DNA of 64,000 nt from Mobula hypostoma (taxonomy: Eukaryota). Numbering within the stretch: position 1 is the stretch's first letter; each line of letters opens with the position of its first letter. A program made the translations under genes and the position numbers. Shown here piece after piece: positions 37,735-49,660 of the stretch. The stretch covers positions 62,374,001 to 62,438,000 of the forward strand of contig NC_086097.1 of assembly GCF_963921235.1 (NCBI RefSeq), given 5' to 3'. The notes under the pieces are model-generated. The model searched no databases and was not told the DNA's origin. It worked only from the letters and a program-made list of their open reading frames with translations.

Positions 37735-38150
37735 ATGGACATTGAACCCATGAACGTGACCTCACTTTTTAAAATATATTATCTCTGTTTTGCACTATTT
37801 TTAATATAAACATTTAATATACATATACAGTAAGTATGTATGTATGTACAGTATAGTTGTAGTATACACCTTCTGGTGCAACTTGAGTACGTCTGATGAA
37901 CCCAAGACCATAAGGTGTTTCGAGTCTTTAATCATCAGACAACCTCGACCGGTATACATATACAGTAAGTATATATGGTATATATTAGATATACAGTAAG
38001 TATATAATAAACTTACTGTAATTGATTCACTTCTTTATTTTTTCTTTCTATATTATCATATACTGTATTGTACTGCTGCTACTAAGTTAACAAATTTCAC
38101 AACACATGCTAGTGAAAATAAACCTGATTCTGATCTTGATTCTTATTCTA
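37735..38150 (+). mobile_element. LINE-type 3' UTR and tail (probably Rex/Babar or L2 group)
   Basis: Ends aataaacctgattctgatcttgattcttattct, a degenerate (GATTCT)n tail. Confidence 0.6.
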
Positions 38151-38208
38151 ATGACACTTACATTGAAAAGGGTGATGCAAACAGGACTGAAGTTATTATA
38201 ATTGAATG

Positions 38209-38836
38209 TGAAACACCCTGGTTTCCTTAGCTGCATAAGTCTAGGGAGGACAGTCTCAAGTCCTACCGAACTCGTGAGATTGAGACTGTGTGGATGCTGC
38301 GTAATTTGTAATTTGATACCCAATTACAAATTAGTGCCACAAAATAACAGTGCACACTGCATACAATTAAAGGAATTATATTTATGAATCTTAACTTAAC
38401 TAAAGGGTTAGTAAAGAATAACAAAAAGTAAAGGGTCCATTCTAATCAAAATGTCAAATGTGCACGAGTCGGAGCTCACCTTGAACTTCTCCATCACTCA
38501 CACACTAGGCCCTCAGTCAGTGTGAATGCCCACACCACCTTCTGACCGTTGCTCGGAATCCATCTCGAACAAACGGGTCTCCCACCGGATCGTATGCTAC
38601 TACAGGCTCTCCCCAGCATCTTCTCTCTTCATCTTCCCCCAGACAAAAGCCCAAGACCAACTTTATTGTCCCACACGAAGAAAACCCCCCCACTAATTGG
38701 ATGGCACACATTCCACATTATCCCTTATCTTCAACAATAACCCAAATAAGCTGAAAACAGAACAGACTGCTCTTACGGAACTATCAAAATGAAATACGTA
38801 CAGCATAACAGTAAAAATATGAACCAGGGTATTACA
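38209..38836. mobile_element. Solo LTR (Gypsy-like, 628 bp)
   Basis: TGAAACACCCTGGTT...AACCAGGGTATTACA inverted termini; 4-bp TSD AATG at 38205-38208 and 38837-38840; splits the start of the CR1 endonuclease. Confidence 0.85.
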
Positions 38837-39878
38837 AATGCATGCAGTATATGAAATAAGATAGATGATCTAGTTGCACAGTTAGAATTTAGCCTCCACT
38901 GAGTCATGGCTGATAAAAGATCTTGGCTGGGAGCTTAACATCCAAGGATACACATTGTATCGAAAGAACAGACAGGTAAGCAGAGGGTGTGGAGTGTCAC
39001 TGTTGATAAAAAATGAAAACAAATCCTCAGAAAGACACAACCATGGGAAATCAAGGCCAGCATAAAAGCAAAAGAGAGGACATATAATATAGCAAAAATT
39101 AGTGGTAGGTTAGAGGATTGGGAAGCTTTTACAAACCACCTAAATTCTGTAAGGAGAGAAACAATGAAATATGAAGATAAGTTAGCCAATAATATAAAAG
39201 AGGATACTAAAAGTTTTTCCAGATATACAAAGAATAAAACAGAGGTGAGAGTTAATATCAGACTGCTGGAAATTGATGCTGCAGAGGTAGTAATGAGGGA
39301 CAAAGAAATAGAGGATGAACCTAATATGTATTTTGCATCAGTCTTCACTGTGGAAGACAGTAACAGAATGCTAGAAATTTGAGAGTGTCAGGAAGCAGAA
39401 TTGAGTTTAGTTGCTAATACTGAGGAGAAGGTTCTTGGGGAACTGAAAATTCTCAAGGCAGATAAGTCTACGGAACCAGATGAACTATACCCCAGGGTAC
39501 CTGAAGTGATTGTGGAGACACTAGTAGTGGTTTTTCAATAATCACTAGAGATTGGAATGCTACTGGAAAACTGGAAAATTGCATATGGCACTCCACTCTT
39601 TAAGAAGGAAGGGAGACAGAAAAAAGGAAAATATCTGTCAGTTAGCCTGACCTTAGTGGTTAGGATGAAATTGGAGTCAATTACTAAGGGTGATATTTCA
39701 AGGTATTTAGAGGCACATGATGAAACTTGACCAAAGTCAGCATAGTTTCCTTAAGGGAAAAACTTGCCTGACAAATCTGTTGGAATTCTTTGAGGAAATA
39801 CTAAGCAAGATAGACAAAAGAGCATCAGTGAATGTTGTCTACTTAGATTTTTAAAAGGCTTTTAACAAGATGCTACTG

Positions 39879-41007
39879 AGAGAAACATAGAAACATAGAA
39901 AATAGGTGCAGGAGTAGGCCATTCGGCCCTTCAAGCCTGCACCACCATTTATTATGATCATGGCTGATCATCCAACTCAGAACCCTGTACCAGCCTTCCC
40001 TCCATACCCCCTGATCCCCGTAGCCACAAGGGCCATATCTAACTCCCTCTTAAATATAGCCAATGAACTGGCCTCCACTGTTTCCTGTGACAGAGAATTC
40101 CACAGATTCACCACTCTCTGTGTGAAGAGGTTTTTCCTAATCTCAGTCCTAAAAGGCTTCCCCTTTATCCTCAAACTGTGACCCCTTGTTCTGGACTTCC
40201 CCAACATCAGGAACAATCTTTCTGCATCTAGCCAGTCCAATCCCTTTAGGATTTTATGCGTTTCAATCAGATCCCCCCTCAATCTTGTAAATTCCAACGA
40301 GTACAAGCCTAGTTCATCCAGTCTTTCTTCATATGAAAGTCCTGCCATCCCAGGAATCAATCTGGTGAACCTTCTTTGTATTCCCTCTATGGCAAGGATG
40401 TCTTTCCTCAGATTAGGGGACCAAAACTGCACACAATACTCCAGGTGTGGTCTCACCAAGGCCTTATACAACTGCAGTAGTACCTCCCTGCTCTTGTACT
40501 CGAATCCTCTCGCTATAAATGCCAGCATACCATTTGCCTTTTTCACCGCCTGCTGTACCTGCATGCCCACTTTCAATGACTGGTGTATAATGACACCCAG
40601 GTCTCGTTGCACCTCCCCTTTTCTTAATCGGCCACCATTCAGATAATAATCTGTTTTCCTGTTTTTGCCACCAAAGTTGATAACTTCATACTTATCCACA
40701 TTAAATTGCATCTGCCATGAATTTGCCCACTCACCCAACCTATCCAAGTCACCCTGCATCCTCTTAGCATCCTCCTCACAGCTAACACTGCCACCCAGCT
40801 TCGTGTCATCCGCAAACTTGGAGATGCTGCATTTAATTCCGTCATCCAAGCCATTAATATATATTGTAAACAACTGGGGTCCCAGCACTGAGCCTTGCGG
40901 TACCCCACTAGTCACTGCCTGCCATTCTGAAAAGGTCCCGTTTATTCCCACTCTTTGCTTCCTGTCTGCTAACCAATTCTCTATCCACATCAATACCTTA
41001 CCCCCAA
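39879..41007 (-). mobile_element. Young CR1, 5'-truncated, open frame from mid-RT to stop
   Basis: Uninterrupted IGGKVLMWIENW...KFADDTK...GIRGYGGKAGTGF*; tail (AGAAACAT)n on +. TACTG is duplicated at 39874-39878 and 41008-41012. Confidence 0.96.
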
Positions 41008-42075
41008 TACTGCTTAACAAGTTAAGAGCCCACGGTATTAAAGGAAAGATACTAGCATGACAGAAGATTGGCTGACTGGCAGGAGGCAAAATGTGGGAAT
41101 AAAGAGAGTCTTTTCTGGTTAAGCTGTTGGTGACTAGTGGTGTTCCGCAGGGTCCAGTTTTGGGTCCACTTCATTTTACGTTATATGTCAATGGTTTAGA
41201 TGATGGAATTAATGACTTTGTGGCCAAGTCTGTGGAGGAAACAAAGATAGTTGGGGAGGAAAGTAGTGTCATATTGGCAAGGATTCTGCAAAAGGACTTA
41301 GACAGATTAGGATAATGGAAAAGAAGTGGCAGATTGAATATAACGTATGATTTTACACGTTGGTTGGAGGAATAAAGGCATTGACTATTTTCTAAATCGG
41401 AAGAAAATGCAAACATACGAGGTACAAAGGGGCTTAGGAGTCCTTGTGCTGTATTCCTGCAAGGTTCTCTAAAGGTTAATTTGCGCTAAGTTGGTGGTGA
41501 GGATGGCAGATGCAACGTTAGCATTCATTTCAAGAGGAATGCTGAGGCTTGATCAGGCAGTTTTAGGCCCCTATTCTAGGAAAAGATGTGCTAGCTTTGC
41601 AGATAGTCCAGAGGAAATTCACAAGAATGATTCTGGGAACAAAGTGTATGAGGAGTATTTGATGGCTCTAGGCATGTATTCACTGGTTTTTAGAAGAATG
41701 AGGGGGGATCTCATTGAAACCATTCAAATATTAAAAAGCCTGGATAGAGTGGATATGGTGAGGATGTTTCCTATAGTGGGAGCATCTAGGACAAGAGGGC
41801 ACCACCTCAGAATCAACTGCCATCCATTTAGAACAGAGAGGAGGAGCAATTTCTTTAGCCTGTGGGTAGTGATCCTATAGAATTCTTTGGCACAGATGGC
41901 TGTGGAAGCTGAATCATTGGGTGTATTTAATGAAGAGGTCGGTTGGTTCCTGATTAGCATGGGCATCAAAGATTATGGGGAGAATGCAGGAGAATGGGGT
42001 TAACAGGGATAATAAATCAGACATGATGGAATGGCAGAGCTGACTCAATGGGCTGAATAACCTAATTCTTATCCT

Positions 42076-43683
42076 ATGTTTTATGGTCATATGGTTGAAA
42101 GGTTCAGAGGGTCCAGTGAGATGGAGGAACTGAGTGAAATACATGTTAGTAGGGAAGTGGTGTTAGGTAAATTGAAGGGTTTGAAGGCAGATAAATCCCC
42201 AGGGCCAGATGGTCTGCATCCTAGAGTGCTTAAGGAAGTAGCCCAAGAAATAGTGGATGCATTAGTGATAATTTTTCAAAACTCATCAGATTCTGGACTA
42301 GTTCCTGAGGATTGGAGGGTGGCTAATGTAACCCCAATTTTTAAAAAAGGAGGGAGAGAGAAACCGGGGAATTATAGACCGGTTAGCCTAACGTCGGTGG
42401 TGGGGAAACTGCTGGAGTCAGTTATCAAGGATGTGATAACAGCACATTTGGAAAGCGAAGAAATGATCGGACAAAGTCAGCATGGATTTGTGAAAGGAAA
42501 ATCATGTCTGACGAATCTCATAGAATTTTTTGAGGATGTAACTAGTAGAGTGGATAGGGGAGAACCAGTGGATGTGGTATATTTGGATTTTCAAAAGGCT
42601 TTTGACAAGGTCCCACATAGGAGATTAGTGTGCAAACTTAAAGCACACGGTATTGGGGGTAAGGTATTGGTGTGGGTGGAGAATTGGTTAGCAGACAGGA
42701 AGCAAAGAGTGGGAATAAACGGGACCTTTTCAGAATGGCAGGCGGTGACTAGTGGGGTACCGCAAGGCTCAGTGCTGGGACCCCAGTTGTTTACAATATA
42801 TATTAATGACTTGGATGAGGGAATTAAATGCAGCATCTCCAAGTTTGCGGATGACACGAAGCTTGGCGGCAGTGTTAGCTGTGAGGAGGATGCTAAGAGG
42901 ATGCAGGGTGACTTGGATAATTTGGGTGAGTGGGCAAACTCATGGCAGATGCAATTTAATGTGGATAAATGTGAAGTTATCCACTTTGGTGGCAAAAATA
43001 GGAAAACAGATTATTATCTGAATGGTGGCCGATTAGGAAAAGGGGAGGTGCAACGAGACCTGGGTGTCATTATACACCAGTCATTGAAAGTGGGCATGCA
43101 GGTACAGCAGGCGGTGAAAAAGGAGAATGGTATGCTGGCATTTATAGCGAGAGGATTCGAGTACAGGAGCAGGGAGGTACTACTGCAGTTGTACAAGGCC
43201 TTGGTGAGACCACACCTGGAGTATTGTGTGCAGTTTTGGTCCCCTAATCTGAGGAAAGACATCTTTGCCATAGAGGGAGTACAAAGAAGGTTCACTAGAT
43301 TGATTCCTGGGATGGCAGGACTTTCATATGAAGAAAGACTGGATGAACTGGGCTTGTACTCGTTGGAATTTAGAAGATTGAGGGGGGATCTGATTGAAAC
43401 GTATAAGATCCTAAAGGGATTGGACAGGCTAGATGCAGGAAGATTGTTCCCGATGTTGGGGAAGTCCAGAACGAGGGGTCACAGTTTGAGGATAGAGGGG
43501 AAGCCTTTTAGGACCGAGATTAGGAAAAACTTCTTCACACAGAGAGTGGTGAATCTGTGGAATTCTCTGCCACAGCAAACTGTTGAGGCCAGTTCATTGG
43601 CTATGTTTAAGAGGGAGTTAGATATGGCCCTTGTGGCTACAGGGGTTAGGGGGTATGGAAGGAAGGCTGGGGCGGGGTTCTGA
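42076..43683 (+). CDS. Open reading frame of a young 5'-truncated CR1 ORF2: intact RT domain, no endonuclease
   Basis: 535-aa frame with no stop: KSPGPDG, PGNYRPVSLTS, YLDFQKAFDKVPH, GVPQGSVLGP, KFADDTK. The first few codons come from the tail of the older CR1, so expression is doubtful. Confidence 0.85.
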   Translation: MFYGHMVERFRGSSEMEELSEIHVSREVVLGKLKGLKADKSPGPDGLHPRVLKEVAQEIVDALVIIFQNSSDSGLVPEDWRVANVTPIFKKGGREKPGNYRPVSLTSVVGKLLESVIKDVITAHLESEEMIGQSQHGFVKGKSCLTNLIEFFEDVTSRVDRGEPVDVVYLDFQKAFDKVPHRRLVCKLKAHGIGGKVLVWVENWLADRKQRVGINGTFSEWQAVTSGVPQGSVLGPQLFTIYINDLDEGIKCSISKFADDTKLGGSVSCEEDAKRMQGDLDNLGEWANSWQMQFNVDKCEVIHFGGKNRKTDYYLNGGRLGKGEVQRDLGVIIHQSLKVGMQVQQAVKKENGMLAFIARGFEYRSREVLLQLYKALVRPHLEYCVQFWSPNLRKDIFAIEGVQRRFTRLIPGMAGLSYEERLDELGLYSLEFRRLRGDLIETYKILKGLDRLDAGRLFPMLGKSRTRGHSLRIEGKPFRTEIRKNFFTQRVVNLWNSLPQQTVEASSLAMFKRELDMALVATGVRGYGRKAGAGF

Positions 43684-43785
43684 GTTGGATGATCAGCCAT
43701 GATCATAATAAATGGTGGTGCAGGCTCGAAGGGCTGAATGGCCTACTCCTGCACCTATTTTCTATGTTTCTATGTTTCTATGTTT
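42096..43785 (+). mobile_element. Young CR1 LINE copy
   Basis: Intact RT frame, 3' UTR hairpin GGCTGAATGGCC and (TTTCTATG)n tail; near-identical to 39879-41007 and 5805-6088. Confidence 0.97.
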
Positions 43786-45399
43786 GCTGGCCACAGCTCT
43801 TTGACATCTGTGCAGCCAATGATGGCTCTGCAGTTGTCATTCAGCTGTTGATTCTTTTTATGCCCCCATAATGAGTAAGCATTCCTAGATTTGCAGCAGA
43901 CGTTGAACTTCTACCTTTGGCTAAGTAGCCCCTCTTTTGAAGTAGCAAGCTTCCAAGTTCGGGCATTGATCTTACTTTCAGGTCCTCTCGTTAGCGTATG
44001 CATGAGAGATCCAGGGTAATTCTGAGGTCAATTGCTTTTTTCTCTGAATTCAGAGAGATAGTTATCATTCTAATTAATGTTTAACTTTCTGCTTGCATGA
44101 CAGTTTGGAAAGTGGAAGAGGGTGCCTACGATTTGTTACTGTCTTGTTTAACACAATTGCAGGCATAGATGGCTGGCAGCTTGGTAATTGCTGCTAGTTC
44201 TCGATCTGCGTGATGACTCTCACAGACATTGAAATTACCGGGTTGTCAGTACAGATCAAGGTACTTTTTTTCTGGGATGGACTGGGTAGCATTGAGGGAA
44301 ATGTTAAGAACAAGGGTACCAAAACACTTCATTGGGCTTTTCTGTGGTATTGCATACTCCTCTATGCATGACATACAAGTGTTTGAATCAAGTGGATCAC
44401 TTGATCCTTCTTGATATCAAAAGCAAAGTGTGATCATTGATGGTGTCTTGTGCTGTTGAGAAATTGACATGCTTTACTTCAGTAATTAGGTTTCTTGCAA
44501 ATCCATCTTTGACATGCTAACACTGTTTTCAACATCAAACCGGACTTTGAATTGCCCAGCTGGGATCAAGTTGGTTCTGAGAAGAGTAGTGTTTCTACTG
44601 TGGGTGTGAGTTCATACAAGATGAAATCTTTGAAGCTTATGAAGGTAGCAAAGGAAGGAAATTGTTCACAAGAAAGGAAGTTGGCCAGAAGCTTTTGAGC
44701 TCCGACGGATCTTTACCCAGCTCAGGACTCGACTTTTCTCCAGATCAATCAGACGTCATGCTGACATTGAACAACCTCGGTAACCAATCCCTCACTAATG
44801 GCCTCAACATGTTTTTTCTGTTCGGTGCCTATGCCTTTGTCCATTTTCATTCCTCTCACATTTTATTTTCATTTCACTTCCGTGAAATGGTCATAAAATT
44901 GTTCTCTTTCTTATGTCCTTTTTGTCATCTTTTCTGCTATTCGCTTGTTTGTGGGGAGGGAGTGGCGTTACCGTCCTGAACCAGTTAGCTTTGTATTGTG
45001 CTGTTGCTTGACTTTCTGTGAGTTAATGTGTTTACCGTCATTTTCTGCCAAGACTCTTATAGCCATCCTCTGCTAGTCCAACTGCAAGATTTTTCTCCCT
45101 TTTAAAGAAAGATTAGATTCTTGCAGTCCAACGTAAGATGTCATGTATTGTTGTATACATTGGTCAGGTCTGGTGTTACTCTTGTAGGTAGTTTGTTCAG
45201 TAGCCCTAATGAATGAGTTTTCTGGCAGTGTATTTCACAATGTTTACCAACTGCTCTCCAGATTTCTGGATGAGCAATGTACAGTAATCACTGCTCTGTC
45301 AAGGCAAGCTGAGAACTTCTGCCAATTTGAGGTCTCAGACAGCAGCAGAAAGTTATCTTTTTTCTGTTAAAGCAAAAGCGATTTGACCTCCCTCTCGCA

Positions 45400-45630
45400 T
45401 GGCTGCATAGCAGTTAGCACAATGTTTTACATTGCCAGCAATTAGGATTCAATTCCTGGCACTGTCTGTATGGAGTTTGTACATTCTCGCAAGGGGGCTG
45501 ACCACATGGGTTTCCTCTGGATGATTTGGTTTCCTCTCACATACAAAATGTACAGGTTAGGGCTAGTAAATTGTGGGCATGCTATGTTGGTGCTGGAAGC
45601 ACGTGGGACACTTGCAGGTTTCCCCCGGCA
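45400..45630 (+). mobile_element. tRNA-derived V-SINE-like element
   Basis: Decayed A/B boxes, then ggagtttgtacattctc...gggtttcctctggatgatttggtttcctctcaca, resembling the V-SINE core. Confidence 0.7.
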
Positions 45631-48254
45631 CATCAGCTTTATTTGTCACATGTACATTGAAACATCAAAACATAAATGAGATGCGTCGTTTGAGCCTACA
45701 ACCATTTTATGCCAAGATTCTTATAGCCTTCTTCTGCCAGTCCAACTGCAAATTTCTTACTGGTTAGGGCCCTGTCAACAGTGGTATACTAGTTTGGAGA
45801 ACCTCTAGTGATGACTTGCAGGTATTACACTAAAGCAAACTTTGGAGTAAGTATATTTGGAGTACTGTAACTTCATTGTAAATTTCTTGTTTCGGGGAAT
45901 TTTTTACAAATGCACGCCAGAGGCAAGTATTTTATGGACTTGCAGATGAAAGCTGGATTCAGTTATACATAATTGAAAACTTCTGAGTTTGGACCCTGCA
46001 CTCTATTACAATTAATATGTTAGTATTGGAGCGGAACCTCTGCCCGCCCAAGAGCCTCACCAATAACCCCCTGAAGTTTTCTCCCAGTTAATTATCGTAG
46101 TTTCTTGTGATGAATTGTTCCAGCCGCGAAGAAACTGATGCCTCCTGTTGTCATTTCATAGATGGCTAAAAATTGGAGGATTCAAATTTCCATTTCAATG
46201 CATTAAATTTTTATCCACAGCAGGCTTTGAATTCACATGTAACAGCCAATCTCTGCTGTAAATATACTAGTGTTCCTTCCCAAGCATATCAAGTATTATC
46301 AAACTCTACTGCTCCAGATATTTAGTGTTGATTCTTCCACAAGAGTGGAATTTCTAGCTTGTCCCTTTCAATATTTTCTAAATGATATTCTTTTCTTCTA
46401 ATACATAAGGCTACTAACACAAAACAATACTTGAAATAGAATCATATTGTTTCTTTTAAGAGACATGAGGAATTCAGTGAGCCACTATAAGCATGTCCAG
46501 CTGACTCATTCAGTTTGCCATAAATGATGAAATGAACCAGGGTTCTCTCTCAGGCCTCAAACAGTGCAATTGCACAAATCCCACATCACAGACCTTAAAA
46601 TTCTATTCTCAATAAACCTAAGGACTCACTTGAATTTCTTTGAAGGTCAGAATCAAGGTGAAAAATCAGGCAATTTCTCTAGAAATCCAACATGGATTTT
46701 TTGAGGAATTATTTTGCTTTCTCCTCATCTTCTAATGATACTGCACCACATTTGTGGTGCATTAGGTAGTAGCTCAACCGAACAGCCTCTCTTCCTGAGT
46801 AATTCCACGGGCTTTACTTTGGTGGGTGTTTCTCCACTGTGGGTATTTACCACAATGTACCTTCAATGTGGAAGGGTCCCTTTCATTCCTTCCCCAAATA
46901 GTGATTGACTACGGGCAGCAGCTCTTCTGTTTTGCATGTCAGTTGAGGCATCTCTAATGTAACCCTTCCACACTTGGCACCAGTACGGATGGAAGCTGCA
47001 ACTGTGTGCTGAATGACCTGCATTTGACATTTTTCAGTGATTTGCAATGATTAGCCCACAACATTTCTTTCATTAAAGTGCATCAGAAAGTGAGAGGGGT
47101 AGCACGAAAAAGAGGAGCAGGCAAATAATCAAATCAAAAGAGGAAAGTTCAGGTAGAGAGGGGAGGGTTAAATAAAAAAACATTACGTTTAGGTATGTTG
47201 TAGAAAACAGATACCTAAAAGTCGACAAGAATTGAAAACTGCCGGTTCGTTGTTTACATTAACTGCACAACAACTTGCTCTCTGATCCAATGAATCCATT
47301 GTTTATTGGATATTTGTAATAAGGCCAACACAATGATTTTATGTTTTGCAGCAAATAAAAGGCGTATTTTCTTCAAAGTGCACTTAGCTGTTCCTCTGCC
47401 CAGCGTTAGTGAAATGTACTGAAATTTGAGCCAGGATGTTCATTTGAAATCACTAGATTTAGTGTAAAACTCTATTTCTCTAATACAAATTGATTCAATT
47501 GATATGAACAAGAATTGGAATTTCATCCCCTTAAAGATAGACATAAGTACCTTAGTGAAGTTCAGTGAAGGACAACAAAGTCCTGACCAGATTGCAACCC
47601 TCTTTTCCCCTGCACCCTTCCTGAAAGCCAGCTGGATCTTGGAGTTACCTGATTCTTCAGCCTACTCCACAACTGCAGAACATGCTGAGCAAAAGCTTAT
47701 GTGCACAGGACACATGAAACAGCTGTTCTATTCTTTACAGACTCTTCTGTTATAATAGCTTGCAATATCAGGCATTTGCAAAACAACAACACCTGTGCAC
47801 TGTGCAGGTTTCCCAGGTCATGATCTATTTATGATCACTATGTAGTTTGTGGACATCACTCATTGTGTACAAGTTGTTTGTCCTCTTCCTTATGCCCCAT
47901 ATGTTAACACACAATCATTTGGAGGCTGGAAGGTTGTGAATAAAAATGAAATCCAGTTAATTCTTTCATACTGATGTGCTTTGCTCATACAAAATCTCGC
48001 TGAATGGGATCACAAGATATTTTTAATGTATAGGTTCACAGAATGTGAACATTACTAGCAATACCAGTACATACTGTCCATCCGGAATTGACTGTGAACA
48101 GATGAACCAATACATCCTAGGCACATGCTTACCCCAAGACTTACTATCCCCATTTTTCTACTTTCCTACAGCCTGTTTTCTTTCACATGCCCATTAATTT
48201 CCCGTTGATTCTTCCAACACTCACTAAAAGTAGGAGCAGTTTACTGTAACCAGG

Positions 48255-48432
48255 TAACCTATTGACCCCATGCCTTGGAGATGCGGGAGGAAGCAGGAGC
48301 ACTGGGAGGGAAGCCACACGGTAACAGGAATAACTAGCAAACGATATTCAGACAGCACTGAGGGTCAAAATTGAAGCTGGGTCATTGGCCCTTGTGAGGC
48401 AGCAGCACTAACTGCTGTGCCACAGTGCTGCT
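48255..48432 (-). mobile_element. tRNA-derived V-SINE-like element
   Basis: Minus strand gcactgtggcacagcagttagtgctgctgcctcaca... then gtggcttccctcccagtgctcctgcttcctcccgca. Confidence 0.65.
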
Positions 48433-49660
48433 GCATTTTACTGCACATTGGTAATTTAATAGTCAGCTAGGTGGTGTGTGGTCTGCTAGATGAAGGCAAA
48501 CACGGAATATCTAGATCCCCAAGAATTGTAGATTGATTTATTGCGCACAAGTGAACAATAATGTGTTGGATTAAACCTGGCAGCTGCTCCAAGCCTAGTC
48601 CACACTGGCCACTTCTCCGCACTGGTCCCATGACCACAAATAATCCTCCCTGGCAACTGAGTTGCAGGAGGGAAAATAAAGGTCCTGCCCTGACACCTTG
48701 ATGGCTCTCTGACAACACACACCTTCAAGGACCTTTCCTGGTGACCAGAAGCATTTGGAAATAGTAATGGAAATGTTTATAATTCTAAAAAAAATCCATT
48801 TAGAAATGTTTAAAAATAATATCTTTCATTTATCTTTTTTACTGAAGGTATAACTAAAATGAATGTAACTTATGGTGGCTGCTGTGTGACTGAGGCCCCA
48901 CAGGTATATCTGGCCCCTCACCTCAGGCTCGGTGAGTCCAGGATCATTGAGAGAGATCAGATGTTCAACACGTTAGGTGTCTCTGTGCTGCAGTACACAG
49001 TCATAAATGCCAAGAAGCTAGCCAACAATTCTCTAAGGATTTGTTGGCTCGCTACCAGTGTAGTTCAGACCACTAAAGTGACCAATGCAAGGTGCAGAAT
49101 TTTTCTTACTTTGGTTAATTTCTATACATGCATCCTGCAAAATAATAATCTTTGCATGTTGGCAAGTACTAAGATTTGACAGGACTTCAAGTAATAACTT
49201 TTATTCATTAAGACACTAAGATTAATATGACCTTTAGTTTTTATATAAATGGTGGAAGTACAGTATTAGGTAAACAGCATAGGTTACATACATCCAGACA
49301 AGTTACAGATCAGTGTGCTTTGTATGTAAAATGTGTCCTAATGCAATGCTGTGAGCTTCTATGTAATGCAGTTTTTATATTAAAAAAAATACAACGTTGT
49401 AAATAAAACACATGCTGGTTCATGGTAAGAACTAATCAGCATGGTTAGCTCAGATGAAAATATTTAGGGAGCTCAAAGTTTCAAATATTTTGTTTTTATT
49501 TATGCTTACTGCAGATGGACCGTCATTCCTCATTCCATAACAATCTTGTCCTTGAATCCAAAGAGCTCGGCTCCTGCAAATGTGTATGCGGAAGTTAATT
49601 TCTATAATCCAATGGAGAAGAACAATGCAGTGCAATTACATTTGAAACCATTTCTAATTA

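Larger units (their letters stand above)
35940..42095 (+). mobile_element. Near full-length but decayed old CR1 (ORF1, ORF2, tail) hosting several nested insertions
   Basis: ORF1 Cys motif and esterase remnants at 36040-36853; endonuclease start at 38185-38890; RT at 39460-39878 and 41013-41990; tail cctatgttttatggtcatatggt at 42073-42095. Confidence 0.8.

Noticed and set aside
37891..37940. C/D-box snoRNA or active hammerhead
   Set aside because: The TGATGA motifs are on opposite strands with no same-strand box D, and no stem II can form between CTGATGA and GAAA.
39977..41089. 370-aa ORF with an unusual N-terminus
   Set aside because: The first ~27 residues are antisense read-through from the host CR1 across the insertion junction.
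42591..43295. Recurrent antisense ORFs (MPPKWITSHLS..., MNLLCTPSMA...) seen in several CR1 copies
   Set aside because: Shadow frames of the RT coding strand, repeated only because the copies are homologous.
43850..45350. Possible very old minus-strand Gypsy gag-pol fossil
   Set aside because: Only a faint gag-like stretch (~45120-45190); no LTR or catalytic motif could be confirmed.
46860..47030. 55-codon minus-strand ORF (MSNAGHSAHSCSFHPYWCQVWKGY...) that looks peptide-like
   Set aside because: No signal peptide, no recognisable family, and a length expected by chance.
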